Origin: Octopus sinensis
Lineage: Eukaryota
Assembly (NCBI RefSeq): GCF_006345805.1
Contig: NC_043000.1
Coordinates: 161,448,001 to 161,512,000 of the forward strand
Direction: 5' to 3'
DNA: 64,000 bases
Part shown: in pieces, positions 11,286 to 25,105 of the stretch
How the letters are laid out: each line of letters opens with the position of its first letter
How positions within the stretch are numbered: the first letter of the stretch is position 1
The notes under the pieces: model-generated
Databases searched by the model: none
Seen by the model: only the letters and a program-made list of their open reading frames with translations
What the model was told of the DNA's origin: nothing
Translations under genes and position numbers: made by a program

Positions 11286-12759
11286 ACTCGAGTAACCGGT
11301 AATGTTCACTGTGGGACAAGCCCTTTCTAATTCAGGCTTCCACCGCTAGTAGCCACTTCATGCGACCGTAACGCATCGACTGGCGTTCTCGATGAAGCCG
11401 GACTACCACGTGTTTTTCAGTGCTTTTTCCCTGTTCGTAGATTTTCGCGATGGCTCAAGTGAAGGTACGGCTTGTCCCCGTAAAATTCTGCTTTCTGCTG
11501 GGGAAAACGGCGGCCAAAACAGTTGCCATGCTTCAAACAGTTTACAAGAACGCTGACATTAACAAATCACAAGTTTACGAGTAGTTTTCATGGTTTAAGA
11601 ATGGTCGCTTGTCGCTTTAAAAACCAATCTCATTCAGGGTGACTGTCATCCTTCTGAACGAATGAAAATATCACGAAAATTCATGAACTGATCTTGGAGA
11701 ACCGTCACAGAACAATGAACGAATTTGTTGATAAGATTGGTGCGTCTTGGAGCTCGTGCCAACGAATTTCGGGCGACGAATTGTGAATGAAAAGAGTTGC
11801 AACAAAATTTGTGCTTCGCTTGTTCACGGAACATCAAAAGCAGTCACGACTGGATGCGTGTTCTGAGCTGATAGAACAGTCTGAAGTTGAACCGGACCTT
11901 TTTCCAAAGGTCATCACAGGTCACGAAAGCTTGTGTTACTGCTACGAACCGGAAATGAAGCAACAACCAAGTCAATCGAAACACTCAATGTCACCAAAAA
12001 AAGCACGTCAAGTGAAGTCCAATATCAAGATATTGATTTGTTTCACCGATGCAAAGGGAATTGTCCACACAGAATTTGTTCCACCTGGTCAAACTGTTAA
12101 CTTGGCAGCTCTGAAGCGTTGGCAAGATGCAGTGAGACGAAAACGTTTCGACCTATGACAAAATGGAGAGTGGTGGTTTCGCTACGACAATGCTCCTACG
12201 CACACCGCCTTGAGTGTCAGATAGTTTTTGACCAAAACTGGCATGACCCCGTTTGCCCACACTTCCTATTCACCCGATCTTGCTCCCTGTGATATATTTT
12301 CATTCTTAAATGAAAACGTTTTGCAGATGTCGAAGAGGGGAAGACAAACTAACGACGGAGGCGTTAAAAGGCATCACTTCGCAAGAGTTCTACGACTGCT
12401 TCAAGCAGTGGCAAACGCGTCTGGATCGATGCATGGCTTCAAATGGAGAATGCTTTGAAGGCAATAAAAGTGTAAACACGTAAAGGTAATTGAATAAAAC
12501 AAAACTGCAAAATTCCAAGGCGGCGATTTGGCAGAGACGTTAGCACGCCGGGTGAAATGGTTAGCAGTATTTCGTCTGTCTTTACGTTCTGAGTTCAAAT
12601 TCCGCCGAAGTCGACCTTGCCTTTCCTCATTTCGGAGTGGATAAATTAAGTACCTGTTGCATACTGGGATCGATCTAATCGCCTGGTCCCTATCCCAAAT
12701 ATCGGGCCTTTAGTAGAAAAGAATATTGCTGAATTCCGCTTTCTTTTGGGTTCCCCTCG
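11286..12759 (+). mobile_element. Degraded mariner element (transposase ~11450-12483) with a nested SINE
   Basis: KFCFLLGKT, MKRVATKFVLRL, VITGHES (GDES), KARQVKSNIK, DNAPTH, YSPDLAPCD; right end TTTTGGGTTCCCCTCG|TA lies beyond the SINE. Confidence 0.88.
12517..12725 (+). mobile_element. tRNA-derived SINE family B inserted in the mariner 3' end
   Basis: AAGGCGGCGA..TGGCAGA..CGTTAGCAC..GAGTTCAAATTCCGCCGA..GTCGAC; AATTCC duplicated at 12511-12516 / 12732-12737. Confidence 0.88.
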
Positions 12760-13126
12760 TATATATATATATATATAATATAAATTAAAAAGAGAACACA
12801 AAAGATTTTTTAATTTATATTTGATATATAATCTCTCACATCTGCCACTATCTGGCATGTACATGTGCTTACACTTATCAAGTATTCACTCTAAATTTAC
12901 AGTACCTACTATATATATATATATATAATCTTTTATTTGAGAAATTGGAGTATAGTTATGCTGAGGTTTTCTTGTAACAAATGGACGCCACTATCTACTG
13001 CTTTAAAGTCTTGTACTTATTCTATCTGTCTCTTTTATCCAACCGGTATGCTACTGGAAGGTACCACAAAGCAACGTAGGTTATCCAGTGGTGGGATACA
13101 CACTTGCATACAAAACACAAACACAC

Positions 13127-13172
<46 letters not shown>

Positions 13173-13199
13173 ACACACACACACATATACTCTCACGTA

Positions 13200-13362
13200 T
13201 CTAATTGACAGGCTTCTTTCATCTTGCGTCTACCAAATGCACGTACAAGACTTTAGTCACCTAGTGCTGAAGTGGAAGGCTAGACTAAGGAAGCATACAG
13301 TGGGACTGATCCAGAAACCATGCGGTTAGGAAGCAAATTTCTTACCAAGGCCAGACCTGCGC
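13200..13362 (-). mobile_element. SINE family A, diverged 5' part
   Basis: Reverse complement of the head and body (CCATGCGGTTAGGAAGCAA..TTACCA..CCTGCGC). Confidence 0.6.
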
Positions 13363-14739
13363 TCATAATATGTATAATATGATATAATATGTAGTGTATT
13401 GATATTATATGTGTATATTGTGCGTGTGTACGTGCGTGCATGCATTTATGTATGTATGTATGTATGTATTGAAAATGAATGTTTATCTCGTCATTCATGT
13501 TTCACACCACTTCGATCTACATGATGCTTTTAGTCAAAAGCAATCATTCGCATCTTTCCGGTCTCGTATTGCAAACTAATCAAATTGGATGAACGTAAGA
13601 CAACGTAAGTGAAAACTGTAAGCCGAGGATGCAGACATGATAACTGATTAACACTGAGTATTAAAGGAACTATCTCCGATGCCTATACAAATTAGCATAT
13701 GCAAAAAATACCGGCAGGAAACAATAGAGTGACATAGCTAGTAAGCAGTAGCTAAACATTTATTACTAGCTAATATTTTTATACCGTCATTAACATGATT
13801 TTATCTAAACAAATTAAAATATGTGATTGCTGTATATCTATATTTAAGTCTTTAGATTAGCAAGAAATATCAATGTTACCCTACTTCGGCATAACTTATG
13901 ATGCTTAATGTATAAGTAATTTGTATATGAGTGACCCCCCTGGTTGATGATTCAACAGATCATGCAAGTATACAAAGGTTGATAACTACTCAATCCATGC
14001 TTTCGAGAACAAAATATTACACTAATAGATGAAAATATGTTCTAATTCTTAAAACTTATATTTAGTCATCTGCTTCCTGAAAATATTATCAGGGAATGGT
14101 CCTTGAGTATATAGGGATTATATTTTGATCCATGTTAGCAGTATCAGTGTATTCTTAAACTACCACACTGCATGTACACTATACAGTATCGCAACAAAAG
14201 TTATTTGAAATATGGATATCATCATATGTGCGCGTCATTCACTCATAGCAGCCAGGAAATAATGATGTAAGTAATAATTTTTATTGTATTACTGTTTCTT
14301 ATGAATATAGAGCAAAAATGCCGAATTTATTGCTTAATGTTATTTATTGTACTTCTCCGCTATATTATCAACTACAGCTTAGGTTTTCAAGTAAGCTTTT
14401 TTCGAATTTCTTCATGGTCGACAACTATAAATATTATGTACATTCTAGAATTCAAGAATTCTTTCAACGAATGTTTTCCTTTTACGAATCGTATCAAGCA
14501 AGATAAAATAACAAGTCGTCTGAAGTTTATCAGGCGTAAACACATCCTTCACCTTTCGTTTCCTATTTACTGTGGCCGAAATAATCTGTGATTCCCACCG
14601 TCTTTCATATATAGTCAACAGAATGTTATATTAAAACAGGAAAACTAAATACTAGTCTGAACTCTTCCGTGGTAATACTGTAATTTTTAATTTATTTTGA
14701 AACTAATAACTTTGGCTTAAATGTCTTTTATCATATTTG

Positions 14740-14810
14740 CAGGTACATTCTGAGTTCAAATTCAGCCATGGTCACCTTTGACTTTCATCCTTCCGGGATT
14801 GTTGAAATAC
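14740..14810 (+). mobile_element. SINE family B fragment abutting the pentamer array
   Basis: TTCTGAGTTCAAATTCAGCC..TTTGACTTTCATCCTTCCGGG. Confidence 0.75.
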
Positions 14811-17140
14811 ATACTATACTATACTATACTATACTATACTATACTATACTATACTATACTATACTATACTATACTATACTATACTATACTATACTATACT
14901 ATACTATACTATACTATACTATACTATACTATACTATACTATACTATACTATACTATACTATACTATACTATACTATACTATACTATACTATACTATACT
15001 ATACTATACTATACTATACTATACTATACTATACTATACTATACTATACTATACTATACTATACTATACTATACTATACTATACTATACTATACTATACT
15101 ATACTATACTATACTATACTATACTATACTATACTATACTATACTATACTATACTATACTATACTATACTATACTATACTATACTATACTATACTATACT
15201 ATACTATACTATACTATACTATACTATACTATACTATACTATACTATACTATACTATACTATACTATACTATACTATACTATACTATACTATACTATACT
15301 ATACTATACTATACTATACTATACTATACTATACTATACTATACTATACTATACTATACTATACTATACTATACTATACTATACTATACTATACTATACT
15401 ATACTATACTATACTATACTATACTATACTATACTATACTATACTATACTATACTATACTATACTATACTATACTATACTATACTATACTATACTATACT
15501 ATACTATACTATACTATACTATACTATACTATACTATACTATACTATACTATACTATACTATACTATACTATACTATACTATACTATACTATACTATACT
15601 ATACTATACTATACTATACTATACTATACTATACTATACTATACTATACTATACTATACTATACTATACTATACTATACTATACTATACTATACTATACT
15701 ATACTATACTATACTATACTATACTATACTATACTATACTATACTATACTATACTATACTATACTATACTATACTATACTATACTATACTATACTATACT
15801 ATACTATACTATACTATACTATACTATACTATACTATACTATACTATACTATACTATACTATACTATACTATACTATACTATACTATACTATACTATACT
15901 ATACTATACTATACTATACTATACTATACTATACTATACTATACTATACTATACTATACTATACTATACTATACTATACTATACTATACTATACTATACT
16001 ATACTATACTATACTATACTATACTATACTATACTATACTATACTATACTATACTATACTATACTATACTATACTATACTATACTATACTATACTATACT
16101 ATACTATACTATACTATACTATACTATACTATACTATACTATACTATACTATACTATACTATACTATACTATACTATACTATACTATACTATACTATACT
16201 ATACTATACTATACTATACTATACTATACTATACTATACTATACTATACTATACTATACTATACTATACTATACTATACTATACTATACTATACTATACT
16301 ATACTATACTATACTATACTATACTATACTATACTATACTATACTATACTATACTATACTATACTATACTATACTATACTATACTATACTATACTATACT
16401 ATACTATACTATACTATACTATACTATACTATACTATACTATACTATACTATACTATACTATACTATACTATACTATACTATACTATACTATACTATACT
16501 ATACTATACTATACTATACTATACTATACTATACTATACTATACTATACTATACTATACTATACTATACTATACTATACTATACTATACTATACTATACT
16601 ATACTATACTATACTATACTATACTATACTATACTATACTATACTATACTATACTATACTATACTATACTATACTATACTATACTATACTATACTATACT
16701 ATACTATACTATACTATACTATACTATACTATACTATACTATACTATACTATACTATACTATACTATACTATACTATACTATACTATACTATACTATACT
16801 ATACTATACTATACTATACTATACTATACTATACTATACTATACTATACTATACTATACTATACTATACTATACTATACTATACTATACTATACTATACT
16901 ATACTATACTATACTATACTATACTATACTATACTATACTATACTATACTATACTATACTATACTATACTATACTATACTATACTATACTATACTATACT
17001 ATACTATACTATACTATACTATACTATACTATACTATACTATACTATACTATACTATACTATACTATACTATACTATACTATACTATACTATACTATACT
17101 ATACTATACTATACTATACTATACTATACTATACTATACT
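14811..17140 (+). repeat. Perfect pentanucleotide array (ATACT)466
   Basis: 2330 bp with no visible variant unit. Confidence 0.98.
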
Positions 17141-17299
17141 AACTTCTATAATCCTTGGGTAAATTTTAATCGGTTGATTGATATTAAGTGAAATTGCTTT
17201 GTATATGAGCGACCCCTGGTTGAAGACTCAACCGATCATGCGAGTATCCGAAGATCGATAACAAATAGACCTTAAGACTTATTCTTTTAAAGCCTAGTA

Positions 17300-17798
<499 letters not shown>

Positions 17799-17835
17799 AA
17801 TATTTTTTTTGAAATCATACTGCATGCTATTATAG

Positions 17836-18018
17836 ATACAGGGCCTGAAATTTGGATGGCGTGGCTAGTCGGTTACACCGACAGCAGTGCTTGACTAGTA
17901 CTTATTTTAATCGACCCCGAAAGGGTGAAAGGCAAAGTCGAACTCGGAAATAAGATGGAGGAAATGCTGGTGAGTATTTTGCCAAATGTGCTAACGATTC
18001 TGCCAGCTCTCCCCCTTA
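17836..18018 (-). mobile_element. SINE family B, diverged
   Basis: Reverse complement of B consensus (GACCCCGAAAGG..AAAGGCAAAGTCGA..GCTAACGATTCTGCCAGCT). Confidence 0.75.
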
Positions 18019-18051
18019 AGCTTTGTTTTATTACTAATCATTTCGTGTGCA

Positions 18052-18236
18052 GCATGGTGGTAGAATCGTTAGCTCACCGGCTTTACGTTCTGAGTTCAAA
18101 TTCCGTCGAGGTCGTCCTTGCTTCTCATGCTTTCGAGTCGATAAAATAAGTACCAATTGAGCACTAGGGTCAATGTAATCGACTTATCCCCGTCTCCAAA
18201 ATTGCTGGCATTGTGCCAAAATTTGGAATAAATATT
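18052..18236 (+). mobile_element. SINE family B
   Basis: AGAATCGTTAGC..GTTCTGAGTTCAAATTCC..AAGTACC..AAATTGCTGGC. Confidence 0.85.
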
Positions 18237-19017
18237 AATCATTTCACTATATTGTTCTACAGTTAACTTGTTTCTTTATCATATGCAGTCATAATAACCA
18301 TCAAAGTTACATAGAAATTAATGTTTTAGATTTATTAAAACTCTTTGATTTACTTTCATGCTCTAAATTAAACTTGTACAGAGAAATAGTGAAGTACGTC
18401 AAGTATTAGATGACTGACTCATAGATATTCAAAGCAACTCGACTGTTTGGAATTTGGTGCGTTTGGTCAGTTTAACTTCTTTTTCTCTCGGTTCTCAAAC
18501 TTTCAGCTACCTGAAAGTTTTCATTCTTAGAATTGAAATCTCCTTCTTGGAAAGAGAAAGTAAAAGGAAACTTCAAACGACAATCGTGAGCAATCGACAA
18601 AATAAAAGGTAAAAATGTGAAGAGATTAAGATTTGATTTAATAAATGTAACTCAGGTGCGTAGTTGTGTGTAATCTTTTCCTCTCCGTATTAGGACTGTA
18701 AGTAGAGCTTATCCAAGTATGAATTAAATCTCTACATAAACAGGAACTCTATATGACACACAGCTAACGAGAGAGTCCACATGGTTAAATAACCAGTTAG
18801 AAATAGTTACAAAATCTCCCTTAAATTACTTTCTCTTATTTTGAAAAAGAAGAAAACATTCAGTAAAGTTATCGTAGATAAAATAGAACTGAAGGAAGAA
18901 TAGACTGCTCCTGGAACACATTTGATGATAGACCTACTCGATCAAGGTTGATTTAGAGTTAAACTAAAGCAACAACACTATGCAATACTAACTAATTTAT
19001 AATATAATCTTATGCTT

Positions 19018-19240
19018 TAAGGCGATGAGCTGACAGAATCATTAGCACACCGGGTAAAATGCCTAGTGGCATTTTGTCCGTCTTTACGCTTTGGGTTCAA
19101 ATGCCGCTGTGGTAGACTTTGCCTTTCGTTCTTCTGGGGTTGACAAAATAAGTATCAGTTGAACGCTGGGGTTCACTTAATTTACTTAGCCCTTCCGCTG
19201 ACTTTGCTGCCCTTGTGACAAAATTTAAAACCAATATAAT
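19018..19240 (+). mobile_element. SINE family B
   Basis: AAGGCGATGAGCTGACAGAATCATTAGCAC..GGTTCAAATGCC. Confidence 0.85.
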
Positions 19241-20054
19241 TTTATTCTTCTTTTTCTAAGTAGCATCACATTCATAATATATACGCTTTATAAATATAAG
19301 AATGTTAAATATATATCATTAATTAACAATAAAACGATGCAATTACATCACTAAAATCAAATGATGCAGAAAATATATAAATGCATTTTAATTTTGATTT
19401 TTCAGGTAAGACAGCTACTTGTTTAGAATAAATGAAGTACTGATCCATAATTCACGAGTCAAAACACTTCTAGCCATATTTTGTTAAATCCTAAAGGAAA
19501 AAAATACATTGTTATTAGTCAGCTTGCATCAGTCAATCAACTTGCCTTAAACTGGATTATGACATCTGAGTCACAGTTCAATGATGACATTAAGACAAAA
19601 AAAAAAGGGGGAGAGTATTCGACTGTAAAATCAATTGTTGCATCATTTAGTGCATAAATATCAACATTTCCTTGCATCAACTGATAGAGTTTAAACATGT
19701 TCAAACTGATCGTTGAAGCTGACATTAAGCTGATTACACAATTCCGTGCTTTAAATGAGCATCTCAAAAAGCAAACATTGTTACAAGTGTTCGGGAGCAT
19801 TTGATCACTAAGGAATGCAGAGTTAATGAAGATTTTGTGTTATTGTGAAAGTATAGTAGAGCCGTGGATTTGAAATTTAAAGAGGCAGACAGCAAGACAG
19901 CAAGATATTTAGACTCCAAAAGCAGATAGAATAAACTTTACTCTCTCCATACTACTTATGACGATGTAATAAAAACCAGTCATATAACGATGTAATTGAA
20001 TCGACACTGACTCGATTTGGATGAATCGTTGCATCAATGTAAAAAAATCGATAC

Positions 20055-20103
20055 TATATATATATATATATTATACACCCTAATATTATTATTGCATATA
20101 TAC

Positions 20104-20140
<37 letters not shown>

Positions 20141-20181
20141 TATGCTCCTAATAATATTATTATTATTATTATTATATATAC

Positions 20182-20215
<34 letters not shown>

Positions 20216-20217
20216 AT

Positions 20218-20288
<71 letters not shown>

Positions 20289-20292
20289 TAAA
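20055..20292 (+). repeat. (TA)n/(ATT)n/(TACA)n compound microsatellite
   Basis: Seen directly. Confidence 0.9.
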
Positions 20293-21059
20293 TGTTGCCA
20301 TATTAATTAATCGTTAATTGTCATAGTGTATGGTAGTAAAACCCTCAGATTAATGTATCACATCATAAAGGTAACATTTAGCAATGAAATTGTGAAACAC
20401 AGGGTTAGCCGTATATTTGATGTTTTAGATCTTCTTCCACTAAGCCGAATGTTCTTGAAAACATATAGACCAATGTGTCATTGATAACATGAAAAGAACT
20501 CGAACAATCGTAATTTTCTGTATTTGTATGTCTGTGTGTGCGTGCGTTTATGTGTGTATTTCTGGCACAAAAGTCACATTTAGTATATTATTTCTACTTA
20601 TTCTGTTAATAACCAGAAGGTAAAAAAAAAATTCCCAAAGTTGAGAAACGCTATTATACACATCTGAGTTCTTGCGAGTTTCCCATCTACTTTCTGTTTT
20701 TAAAACTAATATGATTGAGTAAATAAATATAATTTTGCGGGATAGATGCAAACTTCAGCGATTTAAAACTTTACGTCATATATTTTGATACCAATAATTT
20801 TTCGCTAAACACACAAGAGCAGAATACTTCGTGCATTATTATATAGATACTTAGTAATTTAGTTTATATAATTTATAGGTTCAAAATATTTGACAAGTTG
20901 GATAACATCTGCAGCTGCTCTCTTATTTTTCCTTTATTCGCTAATTTTTATATTTTCGCCATTGATGTTACTTCATTGGTGATATTGCAGTTGCCATTAT
21001 TGATTTCCTTGCTCTTTCATTTGTATCTGGATGTCTGCTCTCCTTCAGGTTTCATCTCT

Positions 21060-21165
21060 CTTTCTCTTCTTCTTCTTCTTCTTCTTCTTCTTCTTCTTCT
21101 TCTTCTTCTTCTTCTTCTTCTTCTTCTTCTTCTTCTCCTTCTCCTTCTTCTTCTTCTTCTTCTGC
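21060..21165 (+). repeat. (TTC)n microsatellite
   Basis: Seen directly. Confidence 0.95.
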
Positions 21166-21943
21166 CTCATCATCATTATGAGTGCTATTAGTAACTTTAT
21201 TGCTATCGTTGGTGTTGTTGCTGTTGCTGTTATTGTTGTTATCATAGTCCCCGCCAGCCCTACTTGTTTTGTAGTTCTTTAGTGCTTTCATATCTCGTAG
21301 GACTGGGTCCAAACTGCAATCTTTTGGCGTTATAGAGAAACAGGCATTCGGTTTACAGAACTATTTTCATAAAATCGAAAATGTGATATCTGATAAGTAT
21401 TATGATAGATGGTAGAAGTACCCAAGATGCGGTAGCACCCATCATAAGAGGGATCACTAACTGCAAATGAGACGGGTGAAAACCCGTTCGAGGCATACAA
21501 TGCTACCCCATCAACATGCAGAAACTCAATGAGGGTAGCAGATGTTTGAATAGCAGCAGAGCAAAGAGCGGAGGCAAAAACCAAATCACAACCGGACACC
21601 AAAGAGGAGTAACATGAGCTTTGATAAAGTAGGAGACACAGCTTACGGTGCCATCATCTCTAAAAATCTAACAGACCGACTCATGGACAGGCGTCGTTAA
21701 ACCTATGTCTTATTTCTCCTTCTCTTTCCCCCAGTTCTTTGTCAAATAAAGGAAATGGGTGATAAGAGCATGGTAAGCTGTCATCAAAATGGAAAAGAAG
21801 AAAAAAACAAGCACCCTTTCGCTGAGGTTAATGAGAGAGTGAAAGAGCCCACACACCAGCTAATCACTAGCACAATCTCACCAACATTAAGAATAACGAA
21901 GATCCACCCCCACCCCAAACAACAAAAATAAAGCTGTTGTATA

Positions 21944-22272
21944 AAGGAGCACTCTGTCGGTTGCGACGACGAGGGTCACAGCTGATACGATCAACGGAAC
22001 AGCTTGCTCGTGAAATTAACGTGCAAGTGGCTGAGCACTCCACAAGCACGTGTACTCTTAACGTAGTTCTCGGGGAGATTCAGCGTGACACAGTGTGTGA
22101 CAAGGCCGGCCCTTTGAAATACAGGTACTATTTCATTTTTGCCAGCTGAGCGGACTGAAGCAACGTGAAATAATGTGTCTTGCTCAAAGACACAACGTGC
22201 CGCCAGGAATTGAACTCACGACTTTACAATCATGAGCCGAATGCCTCTAACCACTAAGCCATGCGTCTTCAC
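21944..22272 (-). mobile_element. tRNA-derived SINE family C1 with a 14-bp TSD
   Basis: Minus-strand head GTGAAGACGCATGGCTTAGTGGTTAG..GAGTTCAATTCC; TSD AAAGCTGTTGTATA at 21930-21943 / 22273-22286. Confidence 0.92.
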
Positions 22273-22277
22273 AAAGC

Positions 22278-22573
22278 TGTTGTATAGTGAAGCTATATAG
22301 CCCCGCCCTCGTAAAAGAGTGGTAGGAGAGGCCATTATCAATAGAGCAGTAGCCAGTCATCAAGAGGGGATCGAGAGTCGAAGAGTTGAGAGTCGACAGT
22401 TCTAGTCGCTGTCTTGTGGGGCTATCAGCGATAGTAAGACAGAAGTATTACTATTCCCGTACGAAGAGATACAACGGATGACTAGCAATTATTGTGGCTA
22501 ATAGCATAAAATAGCAACTACAGTACAACGGCAGTCACACATCACATCAGTGAGAGGAATCCCCTTAACAACA
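22278..22573 (+). mobile_element. Gypsy 5' LTR (~296 bp)
   Basis: TGTTGT..ACAACA termini followed by PBS TGGCGACGAGG (22575-22585) and gag. Confidence 0.78.
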
Positions 22574-22710
22574 GTGGCGACGAGGGAAATTTACGTGGAG
22601 TGAAAAGCAAAACATTCACACGGAGGGTTTAAACTAATTTACGCGGAAAATTAAATAACTCGACAAAAAAGAAACAAAAATCTTGTGCAAACTTACGAAA
22701 ACCGTAAAAT

Positions 22711-23620
22711 ATGGAAGGCTTGTTAGCTGGGGTAGTTGAGTTGCAAAAATAGTAACAGCAACAACTCAAGGAACAGCAAGAACAACAAGGATTGCAGCAG
22801 CAAATATTACAACTAATGAAGGTGATGACCAAACAGGAGAATACATTTTCGCCTGGCCATGTAGCAAATTACATGAGCACATTCAAATATGAACCGGAAG
22901 AAGGAGTAACATTTGAGATTTACTTTCGAAATTTTGAACAAAATTTTGAAAAAGAATGGGAGGACTGGGCGGACGAAATGATAACGCGTCTAGTTTTAAG
23001 AAAACTAGAGAAAGCAGGGCATGAGAAGTATAATAATTTCATATTGCCAAAAAAAAAAAGAAAAAGTCCGATGTAAATTTCACCGACACATTTGGCATTT
23101 TGTGCAAAATGTTTAGTGAAAAGTGCTCGCTGTTTAATACTAGATGGAAATGCTTAAACGTAGAAAAGAGCGAAGATGATGACTTCGCTACTTATACAAG
23201 CAGTAATGTTGTTCCAAAAATGTATGGCTGTCTCTTGATGTACTGTCAATCTGCATCCGATGTACGGATCCAGATAACAAGATCGGCAGAGTCAACAGGG
23301 GCTATTCACACATCTACAAACATCGGATCGTCCAGATCGTAACTAAAGGCAGATTTTGAGTTTTCAGCAAGTACCGGGAAGTACAAGGTGATTTAAACTG
23401 TTGTTTGGCAGAATAAGCTGACATATTCCGAGATCCCTATTAACGACTGTTAATGTAAGGTAGTTGACCCAAAGACCATGTAAAATATTACAAGACAGTA
23501 AATGTGCTGGGCTGCTTTGCAAAAAAGGAAATGCTAGTTTTTTGCAGAGCAATGTAAATGTCTTTCACTGATATCAATAAATGCACTCATGGTGGCAAAA
23601 GTAATATCAGTGTGATTGCC
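22711..23620 (+). pseudogene. gag: Ty3/Gypsy (Mag/K02A2.6-like) gag remnant
   Basis: FKYEPEEGVTFEIYF, RLVLRKLEKAGHEKYNNFILPKK, CSLFNTRWKCL, QSASDVRIQI and a degraded Cys knuckle (~23500); stops and frameshifts. Confidence 0.8.
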
Positions 23621-24199
23621 AGTATTAATAGTGAAGGTTGACAGTAATACAAGTAACAATAGCAAAGATAACAACAATGATGAATTTACTCAGGGAAGCA
23701 GTAGAAGAAACAAAGGCAACAGCAATATCATCAACAACACCGCTATTAGGTTTTATATGAGCAATCTTTCTCCCACGGTTGTTGGTACCTGACATCAATA
23801 CGTATTTAGTATTTGATTTGTCCCGGGTATGACTTTCAACTTCAACCGATACTGGTTCCCAGTTCACATTTTCCAATGTTTTGAGGAGTGTAGAACCATT
23901 TCTTAGCCGTTGTTGCTCCCAGGTCCATTTTGATCCGGAATAGTAGCATATAGCAGGGCCCCAGCTATAAGTTAATATATATATGACTTGTCTACCTATG
24001 CATGTGAAAACCGAATTCGGTGGATTCAGAGGACTTGTGCTCATCCCCAATCGTCTTAACCTGGTCTTGCCACTGGATTGAAGATGGTCACTTATGAAAG
24101 AATGCGATAAAAGATGCGCAACTCTTTTTCACCTGAAACAAAGCCACTGCTCAAATCATCGCTCTGACAGACGAACATCCAAGTAAATTATTTCAAATG

Positions 24200-24790
24200 T
24201 TATTTCCAGATTTCTCTTTCACATTCTTTCTGTCCTTGTCTCTTAAGACAGAAAAATTATTCTAGATCCTGCTGTGTATTTCGTCCAGAGTTTTCTGCAT
24301 TAGTTGGATTTTATTCCCTTCTATGGTGTGTCTGTATAAATTCTGTTGACGATTCGTTCTATTTCGTCAACTGTACTCACTAGCTTCTTCTACTTCCGTA
24401 GTTTGTGCGATACAGTTTAAATTATCCTTTTGATTCATCAGAGATAAATATCATTTTCAGCGCTTATTAACTTTTCTGACTTAAATTTCTATTTTAGAAA
24501 TGCTTTTTCTCCTGCTTTTGTTCAGGAAATTCGTAGAATTCGATGCAATTCCAAATAATAAACATTTTGTCCCTGAATTTTCTCTCTTTTGGCTTGTTCA
24601 GTTTATAATATCTTATTGCTAGCTTGCTTAGTTCTTTCGTCCTGTATGTTTTTCGATTACTTTGCAACCGCAGAATGACGACCGGAAGGTGTCTGCCTTT
24701 CCGCACCAATCCTGCTGGCTGTGATGCCTTCTCCATTCGTTCCGTATCATTCTTACAATTACCTGAAAAGTTATCATTTTGCATTATAGT
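24200..24790 (-). pseudogene. Possible R4/Dong-like LINE fragment (N-terminal region)
   Basis: Loose similarity to the 59.4-60.5 kb relic (KASQPAGLV vs KAAAGLVAE; NRQQNLY..EIWK). Confidence 0.35.
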
Positions 24791-24904
24791 ATCTTTTTAA
24801 AGTTGCTGCAAGCGTCACTTTTCTTTTTAACCGAGATATCACAAGGAACCCTGTCAATCAAGACTAAAGAGCACCTCCTACCCATCTGATACGGCTATCC
24901 CCCG

Positions 24905-25105
24905 CTGCGAACCAGCTGGTGTTTCTAGCCCACAGTACGCCGGACAAAATGCTTAGCAGCATTCCGTCTGTCTTTAAGTTCTGAGTTCAAATTCCACCAA
25001 AGTCGACTTTGCCATTCAATTTTTCGGGGTCAATAAATTGTTAATCGAGCACTGGCTTCTATGTAAACTACTAGCCCCAACCAACAAAATTTCTAATCTT
25101 GTGCC
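24905..25105 (+). mobile_element. SINE family B, diverged
   Basis: AAATGCTTAGCAGCATTCCGTCTGTC..TTCTGAGTTCAAATTCC..GTCGACTTTGCC. Confidence 0.8.

Noticed and set aside
14811-17140. Telomeric or CRISPR-like array
   Set aside because: No spacers; the unit is not TTAGGG-like; the array is interstitial with ordinary flanks.
14768-17191. 807-aa and 794-aa poly-YYTIL ORFs
   Set aside because: Translation of the ATACT array, which has no stop on this strand; no domain, no coding signal.
19400-19860. Possible hAT or host coding fragment
   Set aside because: Only short open stretches with no diagnostic motif.
23625-24050. 141-aa minus-strand ORF as a host exon, or plus-strand DTGS as the Gypsy protease
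   Set aside because: No recognisable domain; the protease-like QLQ.DTGS needs a frameshift and lacks downstream support.
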